Shown piece by piece: positions 28,727-42,672 of a stretch of 64,000 nt of DNA. The DNA is taken from NCBI GenBank assembly GCA_951406725.2, contig OX597819.1, positions 21,328,001 to 21,392,000 of the forward strand, written 5' to 3'. Under the pieces are notes generated by a model. It saw nothing but the letters and a program-made list of their open reading frames with translations, did no database searches and was not told where the DNA came from. Made by a program: the position numbers and the translations under genes. Numbering within the stretch: position 1 is the first letter of the stretch; each line of letters opens with the position of its first letter. This DNA comes from Octopus vulgaris (taxonomy: Eukaryota).

Positions 28727-28762
28727 CTTTTACGTTTCGAGCCTACGTTCTTCTACAGAAAG
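28727..28762 (-). ncRNA. Degenerate hammerhead-like motif (core CUGUAGA)
   Basis: CUUU-CUGUAGA-A-GAAC(GUAG)GCUC-GAAAC-GUA-AAAG; relatives at about 31910-31950 (-) and 61394-61428 (+). Confidence 0.45.
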
Positions 28763-29048
28763 GGACACAGAAAAACAAGGAGAGAAAAAATGTTTGTAGT
28801 GGCTAACGATCTAACATATATATATATATATATACATACAGCAAGAGAGATAGAGAATTGCATGGTGGGCTCTGTGGTAAGCTTTTCTATCCTAGGTTTA
28901 TTAAATTAACTTCAATTTATAACTGTCGTGATACGAGCTTGAAATAACAATCAATGCCTACGTATAATAAATTTGATCAACCTCCGTACATAGAACGTTC
29001 CTCAGTATATTCCTGTTGGCTGGCGCAACACAATCCTAACACTAATAC

Positions 29049-29122
<74 letters not shown>

Positions 29123-29717
29123 ATACATATATGTATATATGTATACGTATATTTATTAAATTCTTCTCATTCACCGTCAGTGGTGCAGACATTTTTCAGA
29201 AATGAGAAAATGCCACGAATTCTTGAAATGAAAAGGTGGTATTACAGGAATGAATTAGGTATTGTAATTTTAAAATATTAAAAAAGAGAGAGCTCCTTTG
29301 TAGGTCGTCGATTTTCAATGAAAAACACAGTGAAAGAGCAAACACCAACCTATAACAAGACGAAATCAAAGATTTTCCAATAAGCAACAAAGCTATTCAG
29401 AACAGTAGAGAAAACACGAAAGTAACGACAACAACAACAACAACAGTATCGGAACTGAAGTAATAATAAAAGAAAGTGATGTCTGTTATTATGACGGAAA
29501 ATATCATTAACGTTATCATATCAAGTAGAAGTGTGGCTTGAATCAACGTCATACAATCTCATTGAGGCGCACCTTGAAATTTTGTGGCTTGGTAGAGAAC
29601 CTATTATTAAAATTATTAAAGAGATCAATATTATTATGGCCGTTGTTGTTATCGTTGTTATTGTTATCGTTGTTCTTATTGCTTTTGCTGATGCCGTTGG
29701 TATTTGTTGTTGTTGTA

Positions 29718-29764
<47 letters not shown>

Positions 29765-30115
29765 GGCGGTGAGCTGACATAATCGTTTCACCCGTCTTCA
29801 TGTTCTGAGTTCAAATTCTGCCGGGGTCGACTTTGCCTTTCATCTATTCAGTTACACACTGGGGGGTCGATGTAATGGGCGTACCTCCCCCACTTCATGC
29901 TAACTTTGTGCCAAAATTTGAACCTATTATCAATGCTGTGGAGCAGGTTGAATGGTCACCGTTCCATAGAAAACACTTAGCAGCATTTCTTCACGTTCAA
30001 TGTTCTGAGTTCAAATGGTGCCGAGGTAGACTTTCTCTTTCATCCTTTTGGAATCTACATAATAAAACACCAGTCAAGTGTTGGTATCCTTCTTACAAAC
30101 ATTTCTAGCTTTGTA
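29765..30115 (+). mobile_element. Two diverged SINE family A copies in tandem
   Basis: ggcggtgagctgac..gttctgagttcaaattctgccggggtcgactttgcc and tgttctgagttcaaatggtgccgaggtagacttt. Confidence 0.7.
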
Positions 30116-31332
30116 CCATAAGGAATGTTTCAAATGAAATAAAATACAAGCAACAAGATAGCCCCTTTACGTTTTCCGAAATATTTTGACAATATAAATA
30201 ATAAAGACTGGTGTGTACAAATATTTTAAGGTACTGAATGCTTCAGGAAGAAAAAAAAAGATATGTGATGGAAAAAATGTCCATGGATGGAATATATCCT
30301 ATTAAAGATTTATTCACTTACGGCTGTTCATCGTCTACTTTTGCAAAAAGGTGTCCTGTGGCGATCAATACGAAAATAAAATATTTATTATTTCGTTTAA
30401 TTTTGCGAATAGTGAAGTATAGCGTCGTAGGTAAAGACATTTCCAGCAAACCAAATACTTATTCACAGACTTTCTATTTGCGAGTTTCACAACGAATTTT
30501 CTTTGACTACTTTGCTAAGGAAATCCATATGGTTAACAATACAACGCGTTAAATTTTCCAGCTTGGTATTTCGAGAGTGTCTCTTTTCATACCATCGAAT
30601 TGATGGAAATGGTATGCATCCTGGATTCGATGTGCTATTTTATGATCTTATATAGATATATCATGTATATTTTTCTGTTCGTTAGGCATCCTTGGTCTAC
30701 ATCTTCGTGGCTAATTAGTAACTTAAATTATGTCATAGTTTCACTAGAATTATTCCGGAAATGAAAAGAGAAAAAGTGATATTCTTCCATTTTTTTTCTT
30801 TTTAATTACTAGATACGGTCTTAGTAGGAGAGAGATTAGCGGGCGGACGTATTATTACCGGGATAAGATTTAACTATTTCATCAACAGTGTAATTACAAG
30901 CTGCAGATCATAAAATACGAATTATTGGAATTTTAGCGACACGATAGTCAGACAAATGCAATGATATTAAATTAACATTTTCATATTATTTTGAAATATT
31001 CAAATAAAAAAAGATAAATGGCAAAACTTAAGGAAAAAGTCTATCGCATATTTGATTATTAAATATATTGTATAAGGAAAGCATAGGAATGTCAGTGTTT
31101 CATTCAGGCCTGCTTCCATCAATATCTCTTTATATTCTGCAAGTTAGCAAATTGCTTTCGATCTATCTTTCTATCTGATTGTTGGTCTCTCTCTCTCTGG
31201 TCGACTCCACATCAGCTTGTCAATATGTCTGAAAATGTGTCGAGTTTTCTAACCATCTGTCTATAATGCTTAACTCTTTTCACTCACATGATATAGTTCC
31301 CTTCAACAACTCTCTCTCTCTCCTGGGCTTTC

Positions 31333-31386
<54 letters not shown>

Positions 31387-31404
31387 ATATACATATTTAT
31401 TTTT

Positions 31405-31813
31405 CTATTTCTTTTACTTGTCTCAGTCATTTGACTGCCGCTATGCTGCAGCACCGCCTTTGGTCGAACAAATATATTCTAGGGCTTAATCATTGTAAGC
31501 CCAGTACTTATTCTATCGGACTCTTTTGCCGAACTGCTAAGTTACAAGGACGCAAACACACCAAAATCGGTTGTCAAGTGATGTTGGGGAGACAAACACA
31601 GACACACAAATACACACACACACACACACACAAACGCATATATGTATATGCGACGGGCTTCTTTCAGTTTCCATCTACCACATCCACTCACAAGGATTTG
31701 GTCGGCCCGAGTCTATAGTAGAACACACATTCCCAAGGTACAACGAAGTGGAACTGAACCCAGAACCATGTGGCTGGGAAGCAAGCTTCTTACCACACAA
31801 CCAAACATGCGCC
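31405..31813 (-). mobile_element. SINE family B, full composite (head - microsatellite - tail)
   Basis: Tail 31405-31600, (CA)n, head 31650-31813. Confidence 0.85.
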
Positions 31814-31985
31814 TAAATATTTATACTTTAAATTTACAGACATAAATGACGAACAGAAATGTAGGAACAATAAGCAGGTGAATTAGTTTACCGCTCGGGA
31901 AAATGGAGAAGTCATTTAAGTTTCAAGACTACACTCTTTGACAGAAAGGATTAAGTGGAAAAACAATGGAGAGAGAATGAAAAAC

Positions 31986-32067
<82 letters not shown>

Positions 32068-32223
32068 ACACATGGACGCACACATATATATACATATATA
32101 AAATTTAGATTGAGATGAATATGGTACTTAAGATGAGTAAACCAGAATTTAGTACGGCATTATTCATACAATTTCAAAATTAGTTATAAAAATCAAAATA
32201 AGCAACAATGATATCCAGAGGTA

Positions 32224-32311
32224 ATGCAGTACGATCGTTTCAAGCAACTCCATTTAATTGAACAATGCAATCATTACATCAATTTAAATGCAGAGCAATC
32301 CTCAGCTGCAC
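32224..32311 (-). ncRNA. Type-I hammerhead ribozyme with a long stem II
   Basis: GUGCAG-CUGAGGA-[about 57-nt hairpin incl. CAUUUAAAUUGA/UCAAUUAAAUG]-GAAAC-GAUC-GUA-CUGCAU; stem III palindrome ACGAUCGU; base of stem II imperfect. Confidence 0.7.
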
Positions 32312-32619
32312 AAATACATAGAATTTCATTAAATTAAAACAGATGGACACATTAGTATAATTTTACCTAAAATCTCCGAGAAGGTAAGGAGTTAGACAAA
32401 GCACATATTGTCTTCGCTTCTATGTCATTTTTTATGTTCACGTTTCTCTTTTTGTTCACGTTTTTTTTTTATGTCCTGTACCCATATATGCATGTATATA
32501 TACATATATTTCTAGGTATGTACATATGTGTATGTATATATGCATATATTTATGTATTATTTATATTAGATTGTTAGATAGAGACAGGCAAATATGCATG
32601 CCCACACTTAGATGCAAAA

Positions 32620-32662
<43 letters not shown>

Positions 32663-32854
32663 TGTCTGTCTGTCGTTTTCTCTCTCTGTCTATTAATTTA
32701 ACTTTATTTGTTCCTATATATATCTCCCTTTCTAGCTATAGTTATGTATATGCACATCGAGAGATGTAATTGCAGGTAGGTAGAAGGTAGACGAACAGAG
32801 AGAGAGAGAGAGAGTTCAGGGATATATATATACATATATATTTGTGTGTATATA

Positions 32855-32898
<44 letters not shown>

Positions 32899-33579
32899 GT
32901 ATATATATATATAAATATATATATATATTCACATATATATTTTTACATCCATTCGTATATATATATATATGTATGTATATATTTATTTGTGCGTGTGTGT
33001 GTGTGTACATGCAACATTATCAAGCATAAAATCGATGTATTCTTTATGCTCGCCATAAATAAATCTAATCAGAAAGCAACAGCTAAGTAACGCGAAGGTT
33101 GCTGTTGTTACAACGTAAAAACAAAATCGCTTAAAAACAACATTTCACACAACAAAGACAGCAGCAGGAGCAGCAAACACAACGACAGGAAGAAGAAGAA
33201 CAACAATAACATCAACTATACGAAAGAAACATTGATGTGATTTCATATGAAAGATTTCTGCCGAGAATTAACCGTTGTTTTATTATATTCATGGAAATAT
33301 AGCTATTAAGCAGGGTTTTGCTTGGGTTGGCTATGTTAAACGTGGAATAATACTTGGCTAATGTGCTTCATACACACGTAGAAGAATATGTATGTTTATG
33401 TGAATGTGCGTGTGCGTGTGTTTACGTACATATATAATCTTCTCAAAGATTCACTGGGCTACCCGTACGGTCACCGTAAAGAAATCAATAGGGCTTAAAG
33501 TAGAATATTAATTACACACACACATTCACACACACACACACATACATACACACTATATATATATATATATTTTTTTTTT

Positions 33580-33785
33580 CTGTACTTGTTTCAGTCATTT
33601 GACTGCGGCCATGCTGGAGCACCGCCTTTTAGAGTGGTGAAAGAGTACAGCAGGGATCACCACCTCCTGCCGGACCCTCGTGGAGCTTTTAGGTGTTTTC
33701 GCTCAATAAACACACACAACGCCCGGTCTGGGAATCGAAACCGCGATCCTCCGACCGCAAGTCCGCTGCCCTAACCACTAGGCCT
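33580..33785 (-). mobile_element. SINE C partial copy fused to a SINE B tail fragment
   Basis: cttgtttcagtcatttgactgcggccatgctggagcaccgcc joined to agagtggtgaaagagtacagcaggg..gtccgctgccctaaccact. Confidence 0.75.
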
Positions 33786-33788
33786 TTG

Positions 33789-34236
<448 letters not shown>

Positions 34237-34569
34237 CCCACACACTCACACCCACACACACATATATATATATATATAATTATAATTTTCTGCCTACTTC
34301 ACTGGAAGCTTGAGGACACATAGTAAAGGAGATTTGATTTGTTTTAATTTGCGTAATCTTGATAGAACAAAACATGAATTGCGATACACAGAGGGAAAAT
34401 GGTGAACAATATTTAGACTTTCACAAATCATCGCAAACGATATCATATGATTTGAATACGAAGCATAAATTATATACGCCAGATAATACGCAGAGAATAT
34501 TCTCCTCAAAAGGCAATGTACAAAACATGAAAATCTAACTAGTTCTCTCTCTCTCTAGCTTCCTTTATT

Positions 34570-34617
<48 letters not shown>

Positions 34618-34682
34618 TTCTCTTTCACACACAAATGCAACTGCTTTTTCTCACTATCTCACTCTCTCTCTTTATCTTTCTT

Positions 34683-34734
<52 letters not shown>

Positions 34735-35043
34735 GAAATATGTGAGTCGTAATCCACGGGGGGGAAAAGAGTGTCTGTAGAATATTGAACGCAGTGGGGA
34801 GGGTGGGTAAATGCTCAGGTGAGTATGTGTAAAGTGTTGGACAGTGAGAGAGGGGCAGGTCAAACATATACTATTACACACACATTCACACACACACACA
34901 CACACATAACTATACCTACATATGTGTATACATACTTAAGGAATAAATGCATATATAACCATGTGTGCGAGTAATTAAATAAATGTTCATTTTCTTAAAT
35001 GCATGCATATATAATTTTTTAATTTATACTCTATATGTATGAG

Positions 35044-35086
<43 letters not shown>

Positions 35087-35563
35087 GCAAATATATATAT
35101 GAGTACGTAACTGTGTCCGTTTGCATGTACGTATATCTGTCTGTCTGTCTGTCTATATGATCGTGTGTGTATGTATGTCTGATATATGTTCATAAATGCA
35201 TCAATTTATAGATAAATCATTCTAGTCTCAAGTACTTCTATATGCAAGTATGCATCTCATGATATATATATATGCGTAATTAAACAGCTGTAATTCTCCT
35301 CTCTGTTCTGTGTCTCTGTGTTACACACTCACTCTTTGACTGTCTCTATGTCTCCGACAATCTCTCCCTCTCTCTCTATCCATGGCTGTGAATGTGTGAG
35401 GGGAGGGTGTGAATTTATGCGTGCGCTTCGTACAGATTTGAATGCAACTGGGAGGTGAAGAGAGGTTTGATCAATATGTTTGATGTATAGATTCTTACAT
35501 ATTTCATTTGAATGTGTATGGACGTTTCTGCAAGTATATGTATGCACACACGCACATAAACAC

Positions 35564-35604
<41 letters not shown>

Positions 35605-35692
35605 GATGTATATACATAATAACTATATATGTGTTTGTGTTTACACATATACACAAGTATAGGGAAATCATATATATGTATATGTATGTATG

Positions 35693-35734
<42 letters not shown>

Positions 35735-35782
35735 TGTATATATATATTTATATATGTATATATGTATGTATATATAAATATG

Positions 35783-35815
<33 letters not shown>

Positions 35816-36639
35816 TTATATATATATATGTATGTATATATGCATATAAGCATGTACATTCACTGCATAAGAATATAATTGTGTACACATAGGACTATGA
35901 TTATCTGTATATATATATATGTGTATGCGCATGTGTACTTATGTATACTGTTTTCAACGTGTATACAAATACAGACGTAAATACACAGAAACGATCACAC
36001 ATGCATTTATGCCCGATTGAATACATATGTATACATATGTATATATAACAGGAATACGTTACTGAGTATTGCTCTACAATGATGCATATATGTAGACATA
36101 CATGTATGCTTTGCTGTTGTTAGAAAAGAGATGATATTCAATAAAGCAGAGAAGAGTTAAACTGACAGATTGAGTGGTCTTTAAAATTGATGGTTCTGCG
36201 AAAGGGCAAGCCACTTTGTATGTTTAGGGTTGTATCACAAAGTATAAATATACACACGCTGATATGAACACTGACATATATATATACACCAGTACATAGA
36301 CACGACTAAAGCATAAACTCATACAAGCGCGCGCATATATGCATATATGTGTATATATATGTATATATATATATGTGTATATATATATATATCTATAAAT
36401 GTATTATACACACAGACACACACATACACACAGACACATACAGGCAGGAGCGGTCGTACACACGTACAAGAATGTAAACGTCAATTACTTTTCATTATTC
36501 TCCGAAACTCGGCATAAATGAGAGCTTTTGAAATAGGACGTATCGGGTAAAATTTGCAATAAAATCGGTCTCCCTCGCGTCTTCTCTATACACTTACACA
36601 CTTATTAATACAGTCATACACACACTTACTACTACATAT

Positions 36640-36768
36640 GTACAATCACATAGATATGCATATATATATATATATACATACATATATGTATGTATGTATA
36701 TATATGTATGTATGTATATATATATATGTATATATATATATGTATATATATATGTATGTATATATATG

Positions 36769-36804
<36 letters not shown>

Positions 36805-36863
36805 CATACATATATATATACATACATATATATATACATACATATATATATATATATATATAC

Positions 36864-36946
<83 letters not shown>

Positions 36947-36954
36947 ATATATAC

Positions 36955-36987
<33 letters not shown>

Positions 36988-37205
36988 CATATATATATAT
37001 ACATACATATATATATACATATATATATATAAATACATACATATATATATACATATATATATATATATAATTACATACATATATATATATACATATTTAC
37101 ATACATATATATATATATACATACATACATATATATACATACATATATATTTATATATACATACATATATATTTATACATACATATATATATATATATAC
37201 ATACA

Positions 37206-37241
<36 letters not shown>

Positions 37242-37275
37242 CGTACATATGTAGACATATATATAATATATACAT
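36640..37275. repeat. Compound (TA)n/(TACA)n microsatellite
   Basis: Directly visible. Confidence 0.95.
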
Positions 37276-37277
37276 AT

Positions 37278-38866
37278 TAGGTGTGTCGACACCAACTTGC
37301 ATCTACCCTTGCTAATCTGTGGAGAAACTCACTGGATGCTGGCTATATTCCAAAAAACCTTCTGTCCCAGTCTGTTGTCCCAGTTTTTAAAAAGGGAAAC
37401 AAGTCCCTTGCAGTGAATTACCGTCCGATCTCACTCACCTCTCATATCATCAAGGTATTTGAGAGGGTGGTGAGATCTCGAATAACCCAATTTCTGGAAA
37501 GCAACAGACGGCTGATCTCCAACCAACGTGGGTTCCGTAATGGAAGGGACTGCCTAACGCAGCTCCTGCATCACTTTGAGGACATTTTGAGAGCTTTGGG
37601 AGAGGGCTCCAACACCGATGTCATCTACCTTGATTTCAGTAAGGCCTTCGACAGGGTCGATCACAAGATCCTATTGAAAAAACTATCCAACATTGGTGTC
37701 TCTGGAAAGTTACTGAAATGGATCAAGTGTTTCTTGACAGACAGATCTCAACATGTTGTAGTTGAAGGGGTAAAATCAAGCCCAGCCAAAGTCAGTAGTG
37801 GCGTTCCGCAAGGCACTGTGCTGGGCCCACTTCTTTTCATCATTTACATTAATGACATTAATGACATCATCAAGCACAGCAACATAAAAATCTTTGCAGA
37901 TGACTCCAAGCTACAGAAGGTCATAAATGAGGCGAGTGACCGGACATGCCTTCAGTCAGATCTACTGGCTGTTATCCAATGGGCAGAAAAAAACAATATG
38001 CTGCTGAACGAGGATAAATTTGAGCTAATCCACTTTGGAAAAGAGGATGCCCTGAAACTCCCATACTCCCTTCCTTCAGGTGAAACTCTCGCGGCGTCCA
38101 ACAATATCAGAGACCTGGGAGTAATTGTGGACAACAACATAAGCTGGGCCACTCATATAAACACCAAAGTTGACATGGCCCGCAGAATGTGTTCCTGGAT
38201 TCTCAGAACTTTCCAGTCGAGAGATATCCACACCATTATCCTTCTCTTCTCCACTTTTGCCCGACCCCACCTTGAATACTGTTGTCCACTGTGGTCTCCC
38301 CACACAATACAAGGTATCATAAAAGTTGAAGCACCTCAAAGGGCAATCACAAAAAAGATAGATGGCATGACAGGCCTCGACTATTGGGGTCGACTAGAAA
38401 AGCTAAAACTCTATTCTCTCCAACGTCGTCGTGAGCGCTACATCATCTGCATGATGTGGAAAATATTCCATCAGCATTGCCCAAATGATGTTGGCATCAC
38501 CTTTAAGGTACATCCAAGGCTTGAGCCCCGTGCCATCCGCCCAAAACAAAAATCGCACTCTCATCTCATAACAACAATACGGCACAATTATTTCACCTCA
38601 ATTGGCCCCGCTCTCTTTAACATTACACCAAAACACATTAAAACAGAAACTGACCCTATAGGGTTCAAGAAGTCTTTGGACAGATTCCTTCAAGAAATCC
38701 CGGATAAACCCCCTACACCCGGATATGTCTCTGTAAACAATAACTCTCTACTTGAGTGGGCCATAGTGCCCAAATTCTGACTTGAAAGACTTCACCAGGT
38801 GGTGCTATTAAGTTAGACATGGCCTGGGCCAATAATGGCCGAAACCTATCAAAGTATCAAAGTATA
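37278..38866 (+). mobile_element. 5'-truncated LINE including 3' UTR and (TATCAAAG)n tail
   Basis: Stop at 38780, then ggtggtgct..catggcctgggccaataatggccgaaacc tatcaaag tatcaaag; flanked by TA-rich microsatellite on both sides. Confidence 0.88.
37281..38780 (+). CDS. Reverse transcriptase domain and C-terminus of a CR1/L2-type LINE ORF2 (5'-truncated, no endonuclease)
   Basis: 499-aa open frame with [67 protein letters not shown]. Confidence 0.92.
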   Translation: MCRHQLASTLANLWRNSLDAGYIPKNLLSQSVVPVFKKGNKSLAVNYRPISLTSHIIKVFERVVRSRITQFLESNRRLISNQRGFRNGRDCLTQLLHHFEDILRALGEGSNTDVIYLDFSKAFDRVDHKILLKKLSNIGVSGKLLKWIKCFLTDRSQHVVVEGVKSSPAKVSSGVPQGTVLGPLLFIIYINDINDIIKHSNIKIFADDSKLQKVINEASDRTCLQSDLLAVIQWAEKNNMLLNEDKFELIHFGKEDALKLPYSLPSGETLAASNNIRDLGVIVDNNISWATHINTKVDMARRMCSWILRTFQSRDIHTIILLFSTFARPHLEYCCPLWSPHTIQGIIKVEAPQRAITKKIDGMTGLDYWGRLEKLKLYSLQRRRERYIICMMWKIFHQHCPNDVGITFKVHPRLEPRAIRPKQKSHSHLITTIRHNYFTSIGPALFNITPKHIKTETDPIGFKKSLDRFLQEIPDKPPTPGYVSVNNNSLLEWAIVPKF

Positions 38867-38957
38867 CTTATACATAGACATATATATATACCTATATATA
38901 CATACATACACATATATACATACACACACATATATACATACACATACATATATACAT

Positions 38958-38990
<33 letters not shown>

Positions 38991-38997
<7 letters not shown>

Positions 38998-39291
38998 ATA
39001 TTTCAGAATGGTCATTTTGCCAGTTTGGCCAATAAAAACACACGCACTATATATTTGGTGTTATTTTGCTTCAGTGTTATTTATTTTTTACATTAATGTT
39101 AATCTTATTTCGGCCAGAGATCTTTCGTCACACTCCTGTGACGGCATCAGTGGTCCTTTGTTTTCTTCTTTCTTACTTGTGTCTCTCCTTACTAACCGTC
39201 AGCCATTTTGTATTTCTATTGTATGTCTTCATTTGCGCATGTGTTTTTATTGGCTAAACTGGCAAAATGACCATTCCGAAATATAACAATA
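38991..39291. mobile_element. About 300-bp MITE-like element with about 52-bp terminal inverted repeats and an internal hammerhead
   Basis: tattgttatatttcagaatggtcattttgccagtttggccaataaaaacaca versus tgtgtttttattggctaaactggcaaaatgaccattccgaaatataacaata (2 mismatches); TA at both ends. Confidence 0.85.
39111..39156 (-). ncRNA. Near-intact minimal hammerhead (A9->C core variant)
   Basis: GGACCA-CUGAUGC-C-GUCAC(AGGAGU)GUGAC-GAAA-GAUC-UC-UGGCC; stem III palindrome AGAUCU. Confidence 0.6.
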
Positions 39292-39346
39292 TCTGTTTCA
39301 ACACACGACTTCACATAAAAAAATCTTGCACAACAAATATTTAAAC

Positions 39347-39388
<42 letters not shown>

Positions 39389-39514
39389 GCATATATATAT
39401 ATACACATGCTTACATATATATACACATGCATACATATATATACACATGCATACATATATATACATATATATATATACATTATATATATATATATATATA
39501 TGCACACGCACACA

Positions 39515-39683
39515 CTTTGATAGATTTCGGCCACTATAGACCCAGGCCAGGCCATGTCTAGCATAATAGCACCACCCGGCAAAGTCATTCAATTTGGGAA
39601 TCGGACAACATGGTCCACTCGTAGAGACTGTTTTTGTCTACGGTAAAGTTTGCGGGTGTAGGGGGTTTATCCGGCAATATTTG
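39515..39683 (-). mobile_element. 3'-end fragment of a sister subfamily of the 37278 LINE
   Basis: Reverse strand ccggataaaccccctacaccc..gagtggaccat..gggtggtgctatta..ctagacatggcc..ggccgaaatctatcaaag aligns with 38700-38854. Confidence 0.85.
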
Positions 39684-40104
39684 AAGCATCAGTTTGACAA
39701 TTGCTACCGATGAATGCGAGAGAGTTCTTCAGTAATGTTAACAGGACATCTTTAAAAAACATCTTCCTACCGAAGTTTACTAAGAACTTCCCAGTTCTAA
39801 AAACCAGACTGTAAAAGTATATTATTAAAAAAATTAAATTCATTAGAACTACCAGTGAAGCTATTCTTTTTTCTTCTTCAAATACACCCAACTGTACCAA
39901 GGGTTTCACATATTTTCTAATATATATATAGGGAAGTATAATTGTGAATTAAATGTGGCTATCCCTTAGGGATGGATGCTACTGCAGCTTGTAGCCCCAG
40001 GAAGACACATCCTCCAGCTAGCTATTGACACACTTTCTGTACCCTATCAATATTTGCATTGGGAAGCACTTCACATCGACAACCGGCGATGGTCACACGC
40101 TGCA

Positions 40105-41185
40105 GTACTACTCTACGGAATCCATATGTTTTCCGTCCAAATTAGTTTCATGATTGCAGAATAAATGAAAATCAAATTGAGCAATGTCCGGCGAATATGG
40201 TGAGTGCGGTATCGTTTTCCATTCAAACTGCTCCAGCCTTTGGAATGTCATCCTCTCTATATGTGGCCGAAAATTATTCCGATGGAAGAATACCTTTTGT
40301 CCTGAAACCGAAGATGGTCGTTTTCTTCTAGCGCTGACTTAAGCCGCTCAAGCTGCTTGCAGTAGATCTCTTTTGTTATATTTTTGTTTGGGATTCAAAG
40401 TTCAATGTGGACTTCACCTTTTATATCCCACTAAACAGACAACAACACCTTACGTGGGTGAAGTCCTTCTTTAGCCTGGGGTGCTGGTATTTCTTCTTTC
40501 CCTGCCTACTTTGACGGCGCTTGAAATTTTTATAGAGAGCTCATTTCTCGTCACCAAAATGGTTCAAAAATGGTTCATTCATGAGACGTGACAGTAAAGA
40601 AGGTCACATATTCACTCTCTGCGCGCGATGAGACGCGGAAAGTTTGTGAGGAACCCATTGACCTAATTTGCTAGCTTTTCCGATGGTACTCAAGTGTCAA
40701 TGAATGGTTGAAAACCAAATACAAGATTCTCTGCTAGTTCTTCAACATTTACGATGGGATTGTGTTCCACCAGTGTCTGCTGGACGTCCTCGTTGTGTTC
40801 TACAGATCTTCCAGGCTTATCTTCTAGGCTGTAGTTTCCGGCTGGGAGTTTCTGAAACCACCGTTGAACCTCGCTTAGGCTATTGTTCGATCCCCATATA
40901 CTGCATTAATATTCCTCGCTCTTTCCATTACGCTGTTACATTTATTGAACTCGTAAAACAAAATATGCGGAATATGCTCCTTTGTCACTTCCATTATAGC
41001 TCTCTAAAAATAGGTGTTAAAATCGAACTACACTCTTCAAAATTGCACTAAGAATAGAAATAAGTTAAAATTAATACCTGCATTTATTTACAGGAAGTTT
41101 TGATGTAGGTAGTTTATCCCATTCCCCTCCGAATTTTAGTCTTTTCAGTTGATAAAACCTCACTAGTTATGGGCTGACCCAACAT
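40105..41185 (-). mobile_element. Decayed mariner (DD34D-type) transposon
   Basis: From ATG at 40994: MEVTKEHIPHILFYEFNK..ARNINAVYG..WFQK..LEDKPGR; then GQWVPHKL, GDEK*, LHPRKVLLSV*WD, PYSPDIAQFDFHLF; multiple stops and frameshifts. Confidence 0.88.
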
Positions 41186-41223
41186 ATATATACAAACACA
41201 TATATATATATTTACAAACACAT

Positions 41224-41269
<46 letters not shown>

Positions 41270-41366
41270 TCAATCCAAACATGAACAAGCAAGAAGAACA
41301 ACAACGCGAGGATGTGGAATAAGTACAGTGTTATTGGACGCTCAGGAAAGGAAAGAAAAGAAAGAG

Positions 41367-41403
41367 GATATCACGTTTCGAGCGAAGATCTTCATCAGAA
41401 ATA
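41367..41403 (-). ncRNA. Decayed hammerhead (GUG at the cleavage site)
   Basis: CUGAUGA-A-GAUC(UUC)GCUC-GAAAC-GUG; stem II mismatch, non-cleavable triplet. Confidence 0.45.
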
Positions 41404-41519
41404 TAGAAAAAGTTCAAAGAAGGGAAGACGGAGAAAGAAAATCGCCAATGATACACACGCCGTCACATATTGAAAACATATATAAGCATATATATATATA
41501 TATATACAGGTAATATTCA

Positions 41520-41670
41520 CGTGTGGTAAAAAGCTTGCTTACCAACCACATGGTTCCGAGTTCAGTCCCACTGCGTGGCACCTTGGGCAAGTGTCTTGTA
41601 TTGTAGCCTCGGGCCGACCAAACTTTTATGAGTGGATTAGGTAAACGGAAACTGAAAGAAACCCGTCGTA
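41520..41670 (+). mobile_element. SINE family B head
   Basis: gtgtggtaaaaagcttgcttaccaaccacatggttccgagttcagtcccactgcgtggc. Confidence 0.85.
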
Positions 41671-42471
41671 TATATGTGTGTGTGTGTGTGTCTGTCTGTC
41701 TGTGTGTGTGTAGATATGTGTGTATGTGTGTGTGTAGATATATATATATATATATATATAATCTCACTCTAAATTTCCCTCTGTCTCTCTGTATACATAC
41801 ATGGGAGTGTGTGTGTAACATTATGTAAGTATTGTTAATATCCCAGATGTGCCCTCTTGTAGCACATTTTCTTATTCCTTTATCCTCTGTGTATTTGCTG
41901 TAGGTGTTGTACCGATGTGAGACACATCTATATTCTGGAAATATTTGCAGAATCATATAACCAAATAGGACCGTGAAAAGCCTTTTGGCATTATCTAGTC
42001 ACCATTGCACATATTTCATTTGCTAAAAGGAACCACATAGTTGCTGGATAAACCTGTAAGGAAATTGCTATTGAAAAATCAAGACAGAGAATCAAATAAT
42101 ACAACATTTGGATGGCGCGTTAACAATTAGTTAGTAATGAGGAGCAGAATAGCTGAGTTTGAGGACTACGTTAAGTGTTACACGTGTCTGGAGAACCTTT
42201 ATCTCTTGACTCGTTTATTCAGGACCAAATTCTTCGCTTGACTGAACAACTGAACTTCATTGTCGAACGATAAAGAAACTTTTCCACCAATAGTAGCAAC
42301 GTAGATTTGTCTCTACGTGGTCACTCGACATGCTGGAAGTGGCACACAAACCACCCTACGCAACACATGACCAACCGACGCCATGGTTGTAACTGGGACT
42401 CTTTTATTCATATGTGTGTTCAATCATGCTGACTTGTGTCTAAAAAATAGTCTTATTTATATTTTGAAAAC

Positions 42472-42672
42472 GGCTGCGAGCTTGCGAAATAGTTTGAGTA
42501 CCGGACAAAATGCTTAGCGGGGTTTCGTCCACTTTTTACATCCTAACTTCAAATTCCGCGAATGCTAACTCTGCCTTTTATCCTTTCGAAGTCGAAGAAA
42601 AAAGGACCACCTCAGCACTGGAGTCGCTGTAACTAAATTCCCCATAAAACTTTTCTGACCTTTTGCCAAATT
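42472..42672 (+). mobile_element. SINE family A, diverged
   Basis: ggctgcgagcttgcgaaa..aatgcttagcgg..ttcaaattccgcg..gccttttatcctttcg. Confidence 0.6.
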
